Counted from the first letter of the stretch, positions 14,704 to 28,483 are shown. The stretch: DNA of 64,000 bases from Bugula neritina (GCA_964035545.1 OZ037766.1:3224001-3288000); one strand, 5' to 3'. A program made the numbers and translations. Notes: a model not told the origin generated them from the sequence alone.

Positions 14704-15088
14704 ACTTTTTGAACATCAACTGTACAGTGTGATCAACCTGAACTTAAAAGTAAGATACTTCATTATTTTATATTTTAGATTAGTTTTATCATTCTACCTA
14801 TATGTTTGTGTAAACATGCTAAATTATTTTTGACACTTAACTAGATGCTTAAACACCATTTTTACTATTCGCAAGCTATAAAAGCTGTCATAGAAAAATA
14901 ACAATATGTTACTTATTTTTTGTTTACTAAAGATTTTATTCTTTTATCACTAAAAACCTTTTTTTGATATTAAGATAAAGTAATTGACTCATTTTCGATA
15001 CAAGCACCTATAGCTGTAGCATTATGTCCTAATAAATTAAACTTTATGATTTCATAATTTCATATTTCTACAGAACTTACACCTAAAC

Positions 15089-15322
15089 ATGAAGGTCATT
15101 GCAATCCTATTGGCTGTCTGCCTAGCACTTACCTCTGCTACTTACTACAACAACTATCTCGATGGAGGATACGGACTATCTAACTACAAGTACTACAACC
15201 GAGGTCTATACAACCGAGGTCTATACAACCGAGGTCTATACAACAATTACAGAGGATACAACTTTGGCAAGGGCTATAACTTATACCCATCCAAACTCTC
15301 CTCTTACTATGGAAGATACTAA
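15089..15322 (+). CDS. Secreted Tyr/Asn/Gly-rich cationic peptide, subfamily A (A3), 77 aa
   Basis: Intact ORF with three YNRGL repeats. TATAAAA 14668-14674, Inr TCATTC 14698-14703, intron 14750-15073 (GTAAGA...TACAG), 3'UTR intron 15337-16135 (GTGAGT...TGTAG), AATAAA 16300-16305. Confidence 0.93.
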   Translation: MKVIAILLAVCLALTSATYYNNYLDGGYGLSNYKYYNRGLYNRGLYNRGLYNNYRGYNFGKGYNLYPSKLSSYYGRY

Positions 15323-15774
15323 TTTGCAACACCCTGGTGAGTGTAATTAACTATAAGTTCTAAAAAATTGAGTTTTATTAAAAACCTAGGAAAGTATAAT
15401 AGTGAGCTCTCTGTATGCATTCTTCAAAATCTTTTTTTGCTTTTTTCTCGCAGTTTATAGTAAATAAATCCTGCATACTACTATAACTTAAACAACCGCC
15501 TTAGCAAGTTTCATCTACGACAAGGGTTATGTTGCTTTAGTTAAAATAAAAAATGTTTATAGGAGATATTTAATGTTTATATGCTCTTTTGAATAAGCTT
15601 GCAATGCAAAAGTTAGCATATATACTTTTGCTGGAAGATGCAGAATGATTCGCCATTCAATATTTGTAAAATATTAATTTAAACTGTTATTAAAGCTAAA
15701 GATATTTACATACATTTAAATTAATTAAAATGTGATTTTTGTACTTCAGCTAAAGTTGCGTTTATACCTCTATT

Positions 15775-15866
15775 GAAAATCGTGAAGGTATAAAAGCAAC
15801 TTAAGTAATTTTCTGTTGCGTGCAACGGAAAATTACTTAAGTTGCGTTTATGCTTTCACGATTTCC
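15775..15866. repeat. Near-perfect palindrome/hairpin of about 92 bp in the 3'UTR intron of A3
   Basis: GAAAATCGTGAAGGTATAAAAGCAACTTAAGTAATTTTCTGTTGC-GT-GCAACGGAAAATTACTTAAGTTGCGTTTATGCTTTCACGATTTCC. Confidence 0.85.
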
Positions 15867-16669
15867 AGCTGATTAGTAATTCGCAGTTTTGGCTTCATAA
15901 AAATTAATAATAGATGATGTATATAATTGAAACTGCCCTATATGTTTTGAAATTTTCTTATGATTATCAGCACTTGAAATACTCTAAATTATAATTTGTT
16001 GGTGGTTTTAATATTTAAAATAGTTTATATTTTATAAAACCTAAATGCATTCCTATTACTGTAGTCTTTACAGGACAACTTCGCAACAAACCTTTCTATA
16101 CTTTTCATGTTATAAAATATTTCTATATATTGTAGAAAGCTAAAATGATGAATTCTGGACTGATTTTATTCCCTGAAACCTGTGCTATATTAAATATATA
16201 TTTATTTTGTTGAAATTTTTATGTTTAATTAGCACTTTTTGTTGTCATATTGATAATAGTTGACACTAAAGTTTGTTGTGTTCTCATTTCTTAAGCGTTA
16301 ATAAACAAAATTAAATGCCCTATAACCTATTCTTACTTGTTTCTGCTGTTAATAAATTATAGGGTATCACATCACAGCGTAGAGTATAGAATTTATAGTG
16401 TTATTCTTATTAATTTGAAACTCACTTATCAAGAGTTATCAGGCCTTGCCATGCATATTTTTTAGGTGAAACAAATCCTACTTGTTGACATCCTTATTAT
16501 AATAATATTTTACCATAGAGTCAATTATAATAATATTATTCTCTTTGAAAATATTTAAGAGAATATATGTAAAGTAAGAAGAGACAACTCTACACATCAT
16601 ATCAAAAAGAGTTTTAAAATACTTCCATACGCGTTACTGTAGGTAGCTTTGTTCTGTTTCTAAGTATCT

Positions 16670-16850
16670 TATATCATATGATAATATAATATGATATGAT
16701 ATAAGATAATATATTATAGCATGATATACTATAATATTATATAATATAATAAAATATTATATTGTATAATATAATATATAAGTATAGCATGATATAATAT
16801 AATATAGTATTATATAATACAATATAATATAATATTATATAACAATATAT
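16670..16850. repeat. Degenerate (TAATA/TGATA)n low-complexity repeat
   Basis: Direct reading. Confidence 0.85.
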
Positions 16851-17944
16851 ATTTCTCAAAGCAGACCATGCAGATGTTGTATTACGTTTATTAATAACAT
16901 GCTTAAGGCTTTTGAGGAGTTATGTTTCATGTAGATATATTGTTAGTTGTTTTATTACTTTTTAATATTATTCAGTGCGAATTAAATATTTGCAGATTAT
17001 CAGTGTAGTTTAGAAATAGCATTATTTATTTACTACATAATTTTTTTAATAATTATAGGACTGTCTTTCTACTAATAATTTAGGTCTTTTAATAATAATA
17101 TCCCTGTGATTTGAAACCAAAACCTGTATTAATAATTGCAAAGTTTTCAACTTTGTCGTAGATTCTATATTTAATAAGTTTGAGATAACTTCAAAAGTTT
17201 TAATTCATACTTTTAAATAAACATTTTTCTTTCTATAAGTTTTAATCTTATACTTGAGTTAATTACTACTTTGTAATCATTATAATATTATGAGGTGGTA
17301 TGCAGGGTGACCTTTGAACTTGGTTTTATTTGAGCTCATCAAGGCCTATATCTGACACTGTTGATGAATGGTAATTAAGTTTTTTACTTTGAACAAGCAA
17401 TGTTGTCTGATTATTATGCATTTTGCTTTGTGATAGAAGTTTTAAAATTAAATAAAATGTTGAGTATATAGCATGCAGAGCTGATTTATTAAAGTCAACA
17501 AACAAAATCTAAATTAAAGTTTTAACAACAAAATTTGTAACAAAAAGTGTGAAAATTAAAGAGAGAGCAAGGCAGAGGGTAGAAAGGCAGTCCAGGGTTT
17601 ATTTTCAGGGATCATCTAAAATAAGAGTGGAATAAACAATAATTTTTGTCAACAGTTTGTGCGCAAGAATTAAGTTGAAATTTTTTTTAACTTTTATATG
17701 AGTTCATCAGATAATAAAATATACAAAGAATATTCAGAAAAAGCATTTATGAAACGTTTATTAAATTATTGAGTAAAACTCATTTAATTGATAATATTGT
17801 TTTAAATAGTCAGATACAGAAAATCTTAGTAGCTAAGCTATTTGATGTGCAATTGGAAAGTTTAAATGCACACCTGCATATTACAGGATAATTATATGCA
17901 AAGTGTTTCACTTACTTAGAGTTATCTTCACATACAAGAGTTGC

Positions 17945-18157
17945 TTAATATTTTCCATAGTAAGAAGAGTATTTGGGTCTGTAGTGGCTTCCGTAGTTGT
18001 ATCTTCTGTTGTAGGGTCTGTAACTGTTGTAACGCCTGTTGTAGTTGTTGTATCGCTTGTAGCTAGATGGCCTGTAGCTTTTGTAGCGGTAGTTGTTGTG
18101 GTAGGAAGCAGCAACAAGAGCAAGGCAGACAGCCAATAGGATTGCAATGACCTTCAT
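17945..18157 (-). CDS. Secreted Tyr/Arg/Asn/Ser-rich cationic peptide, subfamily B (B1), 70 aa
   Basis: MKVIAILLAVCLALVAA|SYHNNYRYKSYRPSSYKRY...SSYYGKY; two R->K changes relative to B2-B5. TATAAAA 18670-18676, donor 18599-18604, acceptor 18177-18178, 3'UTR donor GTAAGT 17910-17915, acceptor 17616-17617, AATAAA 17485-17490. Confidence 0.93.
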   Translation of the reverse strand: MKVIAILLAVCLALVAASYHNNYRYKSYRPSSYKRYNNYNRRYNSYRPYNRRYNYGSHYRPKYSSYYGKY

Positions 18158-18640
18158 GTTTGAAATGATAGAGTTTCTATATAAAATAAAATAAAAAAAC
18201 ATAAATAGCTGCAATATATTTTCATCAACAAAAAACAAAACCATACGAACCCCTTTTCTGCCCTAATCACAGTATCATAAATTATAGATTGGCTATTAGA
18301 GACACATTATACATGTAAAAGCTTGGTTGAGTAAATTTTTTTCTTTCTTGTTTAAACCTCATATAAAATGCAAAAAATATTTTTACCTGACTTGCAATAT
18401 GTAATAAACTATTAATATAATTATGCAAAAGTATAGGAAAATAATATGATTGTTATATATATTTTATATATAGCAGTGTCTGCTAAAATATGCAAACTAT
18501 ATTGTCTAAAATTTAATATTGATCATGTTGAAAAATGGAAATTTTGTGTCTAAAAATGACAATTTAAACTGTAAAAATATTGTAAAAGAAGTGAACAATT
18601 TTACCTTAACAGCTAATGTGCAGTTGAGATTCTAGAGAGT

Positions 18641-18727
18641 AACTGTTTTACCTGAGTCGATTCTCTTTCTTTTATACTTTCTGGAAGTCGAGCCGTCAGA
18701 AGTTTTTTATATTCATAATGACTTGCA
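18641..18727 (-). promoter_or_regulatory. Core promoter of B1
   Basis: ATGACTTGCA 18718-18727, TATAAAA 18670-18676, ACAGTT 18641-18646. Confidence 0.7.
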
Positions 18728-19217
18728 AGTTTCATTTTTTTCTAGTTATTTATAAGCATTAGTTGCTACCGATAGTTTAGGTAAAAATAGTCTTCCTTAT
18801 ATAATGTCCTTATACATAGTGGCATTAAAATGTTCCATATTATTACAGTTTTTATACTATTAACATGATGCTAACATAGTAAACATTTATATTAAGATGA
18901 ATTAGGCAAAAAGTCAATAAATCCCCATAATTTTGATATCCATACTGCTTGGTCACTCCATTATATACTTTTTATATTATTAATGTTATGGAGATAAATT
19001 TCATGGACTTCCTAAATAACAAAGTTTCAAATTGTACGTTTGGGTAATGAACTCATTGTTGGTCACATATGATAAAAATAAATCATGAAGTTGTTTATGT
19101 TCATTAGTTAAGTCAAATTTACTATATCTGGGCTAATAGCTCAAAACATATTTTAGCAACCTTATCTTCTCCGTTTTTAATTTCATGATTATAACCAAAT
19201 ACTGTATATATAGACCC

Positions 19218-19810
<593 letters not shown>

Positions 19811-22714
19811 TATAGAAATCAAACAAAGTACTATTCGAGTTGAGCTCAAACAGAGAAGCAATGTATTTTGATAAATATTTTGCTGCTGCAAAGTTAATCA
19901 ATAAGCAATGTCATCCGTTAATTGTAAATCAAAACTAATAACAAGTTTTTAGTCTTTCAGACCTATCACCTGCACGCATGTGTATTTGTTTAAGAGTAAT
20001 AATTATAGTGTGCTTGCACTCCTAAACTATATACAGTACAAACCGCTCTATGAAAGTATACTCATTATAGACTTCTTAAAAGTATTGCAATTGATGCCAT
20101 TTTGTATTTGAACATTTTTCAGTGCAGCTTATATAAACAGGCTATTAAAAATTGATGTTTCTTATAAATTTTAGGTAAAAATTAATAAAAACAAACTACA
20201 TTCTTAATTCTTGCTGTTATACTTGGAACAGTAAATATTTTTAGAGATATAAATTTTAGAACTATAATAGAAAATCATTCTATAGTTCATAATATTAGTG
20301 CTTGATAACTTGCCATATGTATACATCTCATTTCTCAAATAAGTTGCTCTAACCAAATCATTATTTTATCTATAGGGTAATGAAGTTTTACATGCATGAC
20401 TGTAATAATTATCTGCATGACCTATATAATATATTATATTGACCTATATCAGTTTATTTGTTGTATTTTGTCTCAAATCCTTTATTTACTTCAAAGTTTG
20501 CAACTTTAATTTAATGTTTTAAAATACTGCTTTTCTAGTCTATATATTTATATAATAATTATATAACTCTACAATTTTAGTTGATGCAAGAAAGTTGAAA
20601 TGTGGAAATTACTAAATCATATTGAAACTAGGAAATGTTGTCTATGAGGAAATGATATAATAACTTTAATCCTATGAGCCAAGTCCTGCATTAAATTCCA
20701 AACACAACAGTCAATATTTGAACTGGCTGATGGACAACATGACATAAGAGAAAAGGAATGTGCTAGAAGATATGATGGGGAACTTTCAAAGATTCTGATA
20801 GTATGACTAATTTATTGAAGTATTGGAGACTAATTGAAATATTATGCTTGAAGCATCTTGAAAGCATCTCTATTCGTACTTATTTTACAACTTTTGAAAA
20901 TGAAAATACAGATTATAACTGTAATAATTAGTCAGCGTGTATTGTAAATAAAAACAAATATTTACATTCACTCAAATATGCTATAAACTAAAGAATACAA
21001 ATTCTTCTATTTTATTTAAATCTGGAAAAATAGTTTTAGATAAAATGGGAGTCCACCTCGTAACTTTTTGTTAACTTTTATATGTTTTTGAAAGAATACT
21101 GAAAAACTGCAGAGTATAAATATAGTTGAATGCATCATGCATGCTATAGAACTCTATACATTAAAAAAATGTAATAGCCTGTTATAATGTAAACTTTACA
21201 AAAGCTAATAACAACTTTATAATTATGCACCATGATCACATCATGTTATAAACAAACCATAAGAGTTATTTTTTGGCCTCATGAATAAAATTAGCAATGA
21301 ACTAAATATATTACTTAGTATATATTAAAGTATAAGTATATTTTGTATTTTGATCACTTTTTATTCATTGATTTATATTCAATCTCAAAAACGAAGGAAG
21401 GTAAATTTGAGTTATCTGCAAACACGTTTTATTTCAATAAAACTATATTTATAAATTTTATAGCTATTACATTAAATGCGTGTTAAGTACATCTGATTTG
21501 AATGCATATCAGGATTATAATATACTTTTATGCTTTTGTATAAAATTTTGTTGCTAAATTTTTTTTAACTAAAGTTATTTTTATTTATAACAATTAACGT
21601 ATACAATATTATGAGAAACAAAAGCATTAATAGTTGCAAATTTGAAATGTTTACAATGCTTCAAGCCATCGATAAAAATAGTTATTATAGTTACCACTTT
21701 TTTACATTTTTTCTATCTAAGAATTTCCGTTCTCTAAAGTGACTAGTCATGACAAATGATAATATTTTTTAACATCATACTGGAATTTTCCTAAGAATAC
21801 AAATAAAATTTCCATAGTCATCAAAAAATATTGGAATCTGGAAAAAAAACTGATATATTGAATAGCTATTGTTGTTGACAAAAAATGCTACATAAATGCA
21901 CAAAACTTCTCCAGCTGATTTTCACGGCAAATGTAAGCTGTGGTCAAACTAATATTTAGGTTAAACCGTCCAGCAGGTATTTTGGGAAACTATAAGTCAT
22001 CTAGAAAGTGGCAGTAATACATCCTGATTCAACTTTTCTGCTAGCTGTAGATGAGCTTGGAATTTCTCTGCTCTTATAAGCATCATGAACTTAATTATAT
22101 CACCAGGTAACTATAGCTATATTTAAAATGTATTGTGGAAATATATAATTAATGTATTTATGATTGACAGGCTTATACAGTAGGCAGTATTCACTTTAAA
22201 AATAAAGCTATGGTATATGCATAAATTATAAATTGATTATAAATTATCTCTTGTGATCCTTTTTATCTCCAATAAGTACTAATATTCCTATATTTGAATG
22301 TTTACAGAGTTTCCAATTGCTTATTACCTAATTCTATATAGTACATAATCTAATTGTTTATAATTCCTGTCTTACTTTGTGAATTAGCAAACACAATTAT
22401 TATTGCCAAAATGAAGTGGAAGTTCACATCTATCTCTCCAATTCCAAATTGATAAAAGTGGTTTTTATGAAAATAATTTTTCTTTCATAATATTTTGAAT
22501 TTGAAACGCATTTGACTTATTAAGCTGTATTAAAAATTTGTTATAAAACTGGTTTACAAATTCTAACGATTGAAACTAAATAAAACTATTCAAGACATTT
22601 GCACTTAAACATTTTATCGTAGCTCATGTGTGTGAATTTATTTCCCTTTTAGAATCTTTAGCTTATATGAGCTTTATATATATCATTATAGCTATATAAG
22701 CTGACCGCAGTTAA

Positions 22715-22760
22715 ACATATAAGGCTTCTTGAATATATATATTCAAAAAGCCTTATATGT
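22715..22760. repeat. 46-bp palindrome
   Basis: ACATATAAGGCTTCTTGAATATATATATTCAAAAAGCCTTATATGT, one mismatch. Confidence 0.8.
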
Positions 22761-23328
22761 AAGCCTTATATATAAAAACAAACAAGATAGCACATGTGAG
22801 TTAAAAGTACTTCAATGAATATAAGCCAATAAGTTGAGAAGCAAAAATAGAATAGTTCTCTGTATAGCAATAAGGAGCTTTTCCAGCAGCAACATGGCAT
22901 ACAAAAATGTTGAGGGATTTTAATGCTTAAAATAGTATCATCTTTGTAAGAATTGCAAAAAAGGATATGACATAAGAAGGACATAAAAAGAACTTATACA
23001 ATTTTATTCTTTTTTTTTTGGTGTGATGGCTGAAATACTCTGCTTCCAGCAAATAATTTTTACCACTTTGAAAGTATGTGTTTGTAGCATTTAATTTTTC
23101 TTAGTAGCGCTATAATATTATATGTAACAGTGCTTTATTTAATTCTCAAAAAACATTTGATTACTACTAGCAATTAGTGTAAGTTAAAAGATAAACATAA
23201 ATATTATAAACTGTTATTTGGAAATATTGCTTTTAAACTTATTGGTAGTGATTTTGATATTTTATATATTATTAGTTTTTGCATTGCTTCATGCATAAAT
23301 AGCTTTAAGAAAAGTAATTTCTCTAGCA

Positions 23329-23418
23329 AAACTATTACTTTATATTATTATTTAATTATATTACTACCTATCTAGATAGGTAGTAATATAATTAAATAAT
23401 AATATAAAATAATAGTTT
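23329..23418. repeat. 90-bp spacer-less palindrome
   Basis: Centred on TCTAGA (23371-23376); one mismatch (23338/23409). Confidence 0.9.
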
Positions 23419-24515
23419 ATATTCATAGTCATATCTGAGTTATTACCTCAATTTTCAAAGATTAATTTAGTATTGTGCGCCATAATCACATTCAGTATAC
23501 ATACTTTATTTAATATATATAACATCTGCACTCTAATAGATTTTTTACAGCAAAAGTATTATGTATTTCAGGTAGATTCTAAACGCATGCTTCATAGTTA
23601 AGGTAAGGGTGCAGTTTAACAATAATGTTTTTTTTCATATTATATTTGCTTTATTTCTGCTTCATAAGCTAAAGTATTATTATACATGCATCGTTTATAC
23701 CAATTATCATAATATAAAATAACATTTAGTAAAACATTTTACTTTAATCTTTTTTTAGTCTCATGATTGATAAACTGTTGGTAAATTAAAAGTTATGCTG
23801 AAGCATTTTATGCTTTAGTTTGTAAACTTGAGGTCTCTTAAACTTAAAATTTTACTGCTTCTAATTATGTGATCACGCAATGCTTTTACAAACAAACATT
23901 ATACCATGGCTGTGCATGCGAGAGAGATAGTTGCATATAGTATGTTTTGAGAAAATTAAATGCCGAGCTATAATTAGAATATGCCTTTTTACTTAGTCTC
24001 AGAATTAATCAAACCAATAACACATTTTATACTTGCTAAAACTGAGCTAATTTATTATATTCAACAAAACAATGGAATTCAAATTTTAACATCAACAATT
24101 ACAACAAAAAGTATAGAAATCAAAGAGAGAGCAAGGCGGAGGGTAGATTTACAGTCCAGGGTTCAGTTCCAGGGGTCATCTACAACAAAGGGTATACCAA
24201 AATATCCAAAAACCATTATGTTATATAATCATCATGTGAAATATATGAACCTTTATTGTTAATGGAATTGCAATGATTTTATTATGCAGTTTATTATAAA
24301 GCTTTTTCTTGTTCCTGATATATTAGAGTCATATTGACAATTTAAAAAATGAAAGCACAGAAGTTACCAAACAATTGAGTAAGAATTTCATAATATTGCT
24401 CAACAGAAATTATGCAACCAAAGATCTCACTGAATAAGTTAACCAATAAAATGTCACATGATCATATATGTAACTGTTTCACTCACTCGGAGTCATCCTA
24501 TCATATGTGAGTTGC

Positions 24516-24728
24516 TTAATATTTTCCATAGTAAGAAGAGTATTTGGGTCTGTAGTGGCTTCCGTAGTTGTATCTTCTGTTGTAGGGTCTGTAGCTGTTG
24601 TAACGCCTGTTGTAGTTGTTGTATCGCCTGTAGCTAGATGGCCTGTAGCTTCTGTAGCGGTAGTTGTTGTGGTAGGAGGCAGCAACAAGGGCAAGGCAGA
24701 CAGCCAATAGGATTGCAATGACCTTCAT
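24516..24728 (-). CDS. Secreted Tyr/Arg/Asn/Ser-rich cationic peptide, subfamily B (B2), 70 aa
   Basis: Mature 53 aa: 17 Tyr, 11 Arg, 2 Lys, no Asp/Glu. TATAAAA 25234-25240, Inr TCAGTT 25205-25210, donor 25151-25156, acceptor 24745-24746, 3'UTR donor GTGAGT 24481-24486, acceptor 24180-24181, AATAAA 24051-24056. Confidence 0.94.
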   Translation of the reverse strand: MKVIAILLAVCLALVAASYHNNYRYRSYRPSSYRRYNNYNRRYNSYRPYNRRYNYGSHYRPKYSSYYGKY

Positions 24729-25204
24729 TCTTACAACTGAGTTTCTATAAAAAGCAGAAAAAGTTGTTGCCAGAATGTTTTCATGAAACAATGAAGTGTA
24801 AAATTTTGTTGCATGAAGTTTTACATTTATTATTGCAAATCGTTGTGATTCACTGTGCCCAATATAATAGAAATCATGTGTTAATGACTAAACTCAAATC
24901 TTGTTTAAAAATGCTCATGCAAAGAAAGGTTTATGATGTTCAGGCTATTTTTTATAGACTTAAGTATTATAATATACCCTATATTTAATACATTCTTTGT
25001 CAGTTACATAATATATACCTATATATTATTGTAATGGCTCAGCAAATTTCTATAACAGATTGCTGTTGCAGGAACATTATTTAAGCTGGATTGTAATAAA
25101 ACCTGTTCATAAACTTATAACTATAAAAAGATGAACACAAAAGTATTTTTTCTTACCTTAACAGCAAATGTGTTCAAGTATGTAGTTTGAGCTCTTCTAT
25201 AAGC

Positions 25205-25297
25205 AACTGACTCAAACTAGCAAATTCCTTCCTTTTTATACCTTTTGGAAATGGGATTTTTTTCTAGGCTAATTATTTCATAATTTTAATGACTGCC
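25205..25297 (-). promoter_or_regulatory. Core promoter of B2
   Basis: ATGACTGCC 25289-25297, TATAAAA 25234-25240, TCAGTT 25205-25210. Confidence 0.75.
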
Positions 25298-26331
25298 TTT
25301 TTTTCATTTCAACATAATATCCGTATGCTTTGTTTATTGTAGCTGGTTTATAAAAAATGTCAATTGAGTTACATAAATCCTGTAACAAATATCAATGTAA
25401 TTACATTATTATGGCTCATTTCCTATATCTACAACACCATTTGGCAACACAGTAAACAATTTGATTAGTTAATGAAGTGAGCAAAAAATGCTAGAATTTT
25501 GAAAAAATATTGTTACAACCTGTGTTTGGTCACTTCAACAGGTACTATACTTTGATTAATCACTGATATTGGAAACATTGGATATTGGATATTTATGAAA
25601 TTCTTTAATCAGGAATTTACATATTATAATTAATTGATGGGAAACCGTGCATCAAGATTGTTCATCACACAGCAAAAACACAGTCACGTAGTACTTCATG
25701 ACTGTTTAGTATAGGAAAGCTGTTAGAATTTTTTGACAGTATTTTTTTTCATAAATTACTTTTATAGTTAAGATATATTTCGTTATAACTGCAGTACCTT
25801 ATGCTACCTGTTGAACATCAGACAGTTTTTTCTTTTAAAGTTTGCTTTTGCTTTAAGTTGATCTCAATCTAGAAAATAGTTATAGGTGTCTATTAGGTTG
25901 TATAATAAAAAACTTTTTATTATTTAAATTTGTTAGACCAGCTGTTTAGCTAGTTTGATGCTAAAATAACGCTACAAATATTTACCTTTTTATAAAAAAA
26001 TCTGTGAAAGTTTTAGATTATTTTACCTAATTGAAATTTTAATTATTTCTATATCAGCTATAGGATACAAAGTTTGTACAAAAATGTGTTGCATTACTAA
26101 TCCATTACCACCTGTATTTTTGTTTACCACTTTTTTGAACTTATTGGTGGACAGAATGACATGAATAGAACCATGCATTTAATAGGTATGAAATTACTAG
26201 AAAAACTAGCATCATTGTATTCATTTTGCAAAAGGAATGTTTTTTACTCTAGTATATAACTTTTATTTTTTTTTAAATTTATTTACATACTTACTCAAAT
26301 AATTGTAAATCTCATAGGCAGATTTCTTTAA

Positions 26332-26385
26332 GATTTCTTAATAGCCAAAATTATTCCATGGAATGATTTTGGCTATTAAGAAATC
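26332..26385. repeat. 54-bp palindrome (further copies at 30914-30967 and 36506-36559)
   Basis: GATTTCTTAATAGCCAAAATTATTCCATGGAATGATTTTGGCTATTAAGAAATC, centred on CCATGG. Confidence 0.85.
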
Positions 26386-28270
26386 AATTCTAAATTTTCT
26401 ATATAGATCAAAATCTGTAACTATACTATGTGCAAAGAAACTTTAGCAGTTGCTTTCTCTTACTCTATTCTAAATTTGTAGCATATTTTTAAATAACCAG
26501 GCATAATATGATAACAATGGTTGTCATGGGATACTTGTTTGATTGTTGCAAACAAATATTTTACAAACCTAGAAAAATCACTACAATGCAATTCATACGA
26601 TTATTTTCCACAGATCAATATATTAGTATTGGGTGAGTAGATTTGTATCATATATGTGTAGATAATGTCAGAAACAGTTCTTGTCTTATTGCAACTTTTA
26701 TAAGTTTCTTTTAAGACATTCTTATTAGATAAAGTATTAGAATTATAAGATTAACCCTATAATGAGATCACATGCAAGTTACAAAACTCAATCTGTCCGT
26801 TATAGAAAATACTCTATTCACAGCTCAATTAACGACACGTAAGTCTCTAGCTGTAACTATCCAAACAGTAGCGCATACTTTAAATTACTTACTTATATTT
26901 ACTTATTTACTTACTTAAAACATTACACTTGTTTGCTATTAGAGTAATAATTACTAATATATGGCTGACTAGCAGCTACTCAACTTTTTCTATATTATAC
27001 TATAAGCATATCCAGTTAATCTATTACATGAAATGTAATAATGCAGTAAAAGCCAATGCCTGCATTAATTCATCTATGATAGATAGCCTTTGAAAAAGTA
27101 ATTTGTAGCGAAATCTATATTTATTATTATTATTTAAATTTATCAAATTATGTTGTTATACTGATGTATGTAAATAACTCGACTTCAAAATATTAGTTTA
27201 ATACTGTACACCATGATAATCAAATCCATATACATATTCTTTATATATTCAATGTAACATCTGCAACCTAATAGGTTTTTTATAGTGAAAACATTGTATT
27301 TCAAGTAGATTTTAAACACATGCCTCATAGCAATGTGAAGGTGCCATTTAACTTATATTAGTTTTTATATTATATTTCATTTATATTTCCTATTCATAAG
27401 TCAAAGTATAATTACGTGTGCTGTTTACAAATTAATATAATATAAAGTAGTATCCAGCATAAACTTTTACTTTAGTCAATATTCATTCATCATACCAGAT
27501 ACTGCTGATAAATTAGAAGTTATTTTGCAGCTTTTTCTGCTTTGTAAAATTATTGTGTCTTAAACTTAAAAATTTACCAATAGTGATTGTAAATTATTAT
27601 GTAACTCTTTTACAAACCAACACTACCATTTGGCTGTGTGTGTGAGTTGAGAGAGAGCTGCATATATTATAAGTTTATGAAAATAATAAATGTAGAGCTA
27701 ACGTACATTAGATCATGCTATTTTACTTATATATAGTCAAAGAAGTAGACAAATCGTTAACAGAAATTATCTTGCTAAAACTGAGCTAATTTATTATATT
27801 CAACAAAACAATGAAATTCAAATTTTAACATCAAAAATTAAAAAAAAAAGCATATAGACATTAAAGAGAGAGAGAGCAAGGTAGAGGGTTGAATTGCAGT
27901 CCAGGGTTCAGTTCCAGAGGTCATCTACAACAAAGAGTAGAACAAATGGTAATTTTGTTATTCTATAATAAACCATTAATATGTTATACACTCATGGTAA
28001 AGTATATGAACTTTTATCAATAGTGGAATTGAATAGTGATTTTGCTATGCAGTTGATATTCTAAAGTTTGTTCTTGTTTATTTTACTCGACTTACATTGA
28101 CAATTTTCAAAGAAAAAAAAGCACAACAGTTACTAAAAAATTATATAATATTGCTCAAGAGAAATTATGCACCCAAAAATGTCACTGAATAAGTTAACCA
28201 ATAGAAATGTCGCCTGATCATATGTAATGTGTCTCACTCACTCGGAGTCATCCTATCATATATGAGTTGC

Positions 28271-28483
28271 TTAATATTTTCCGTAGTAAGAAGAGTATTT
28301 TGGTCTGTAGTGGCTTCCGTAGTTGTATCTTCTGTTGTAGGGTCTGTAGCTGTTGTAACGCCTGTTGTAGTTATTGTATCGTCTGTAGCTAGATGGCCTG
28401 TAACTTCTGTAGCGGTAGTTGTTGTGGTAGGATGCAGCGACAAGGGCAAGGCAGACAGCCAATAGGATTGCAATGACCTTCAT
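28271..28483 (-). CDS. Secreted Tyr/Arg/Asn/Ser-rich cationic peptide, subfamily B (B3), 70 aa
   Basis: Protein identical to B2. TATAAAA 29021-29027, Inr TCAGTT 28992-28997, donor 28938-28943, acceptor 28500-28501, 3'UTR donor 28236-28241, acceptor 27925-27926, AATAAA 27790-27795. Confidence 0.94.
   Translation of the reverse strand: MKVIAILLAVCLALVAASYHNNYRYRSYRPSSYRRYNNYNRRYNSYRPYNRRYNYGSHYRPKYSSYYGKY

Noticed and set aside
17903-18139. Val-rich antisense ORFs opposite the B and C genes (also 24507, 28229, 32767, 38424, 44077)
   Set aside because: Antisense read-out of GTA/GTT triplets; no promoter or splice support seen.
17908-18147. Thr-rich mucin-like ORFs (MQSYWLSAL...TTTTT) overlapping each peptide gene, also at 15162, 24479, 28234, 32772, 38396, 44019, 48899, 52769, 57132, 62323
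   Set aside because: These are +1-frame shadows of TAC/AAC codon runs, mostly with non-ATG starts. Differences between copies are synonymous in the Tyr-rich frame and non-synonymous in this one.
24516-24728. Assigning the symbol mfp-3 (or another known foot or shell protein)
   Set aside because: The similarity is compositional with short motifs only. The signal peptide differs and there is no Trp; orthology needs a database search.
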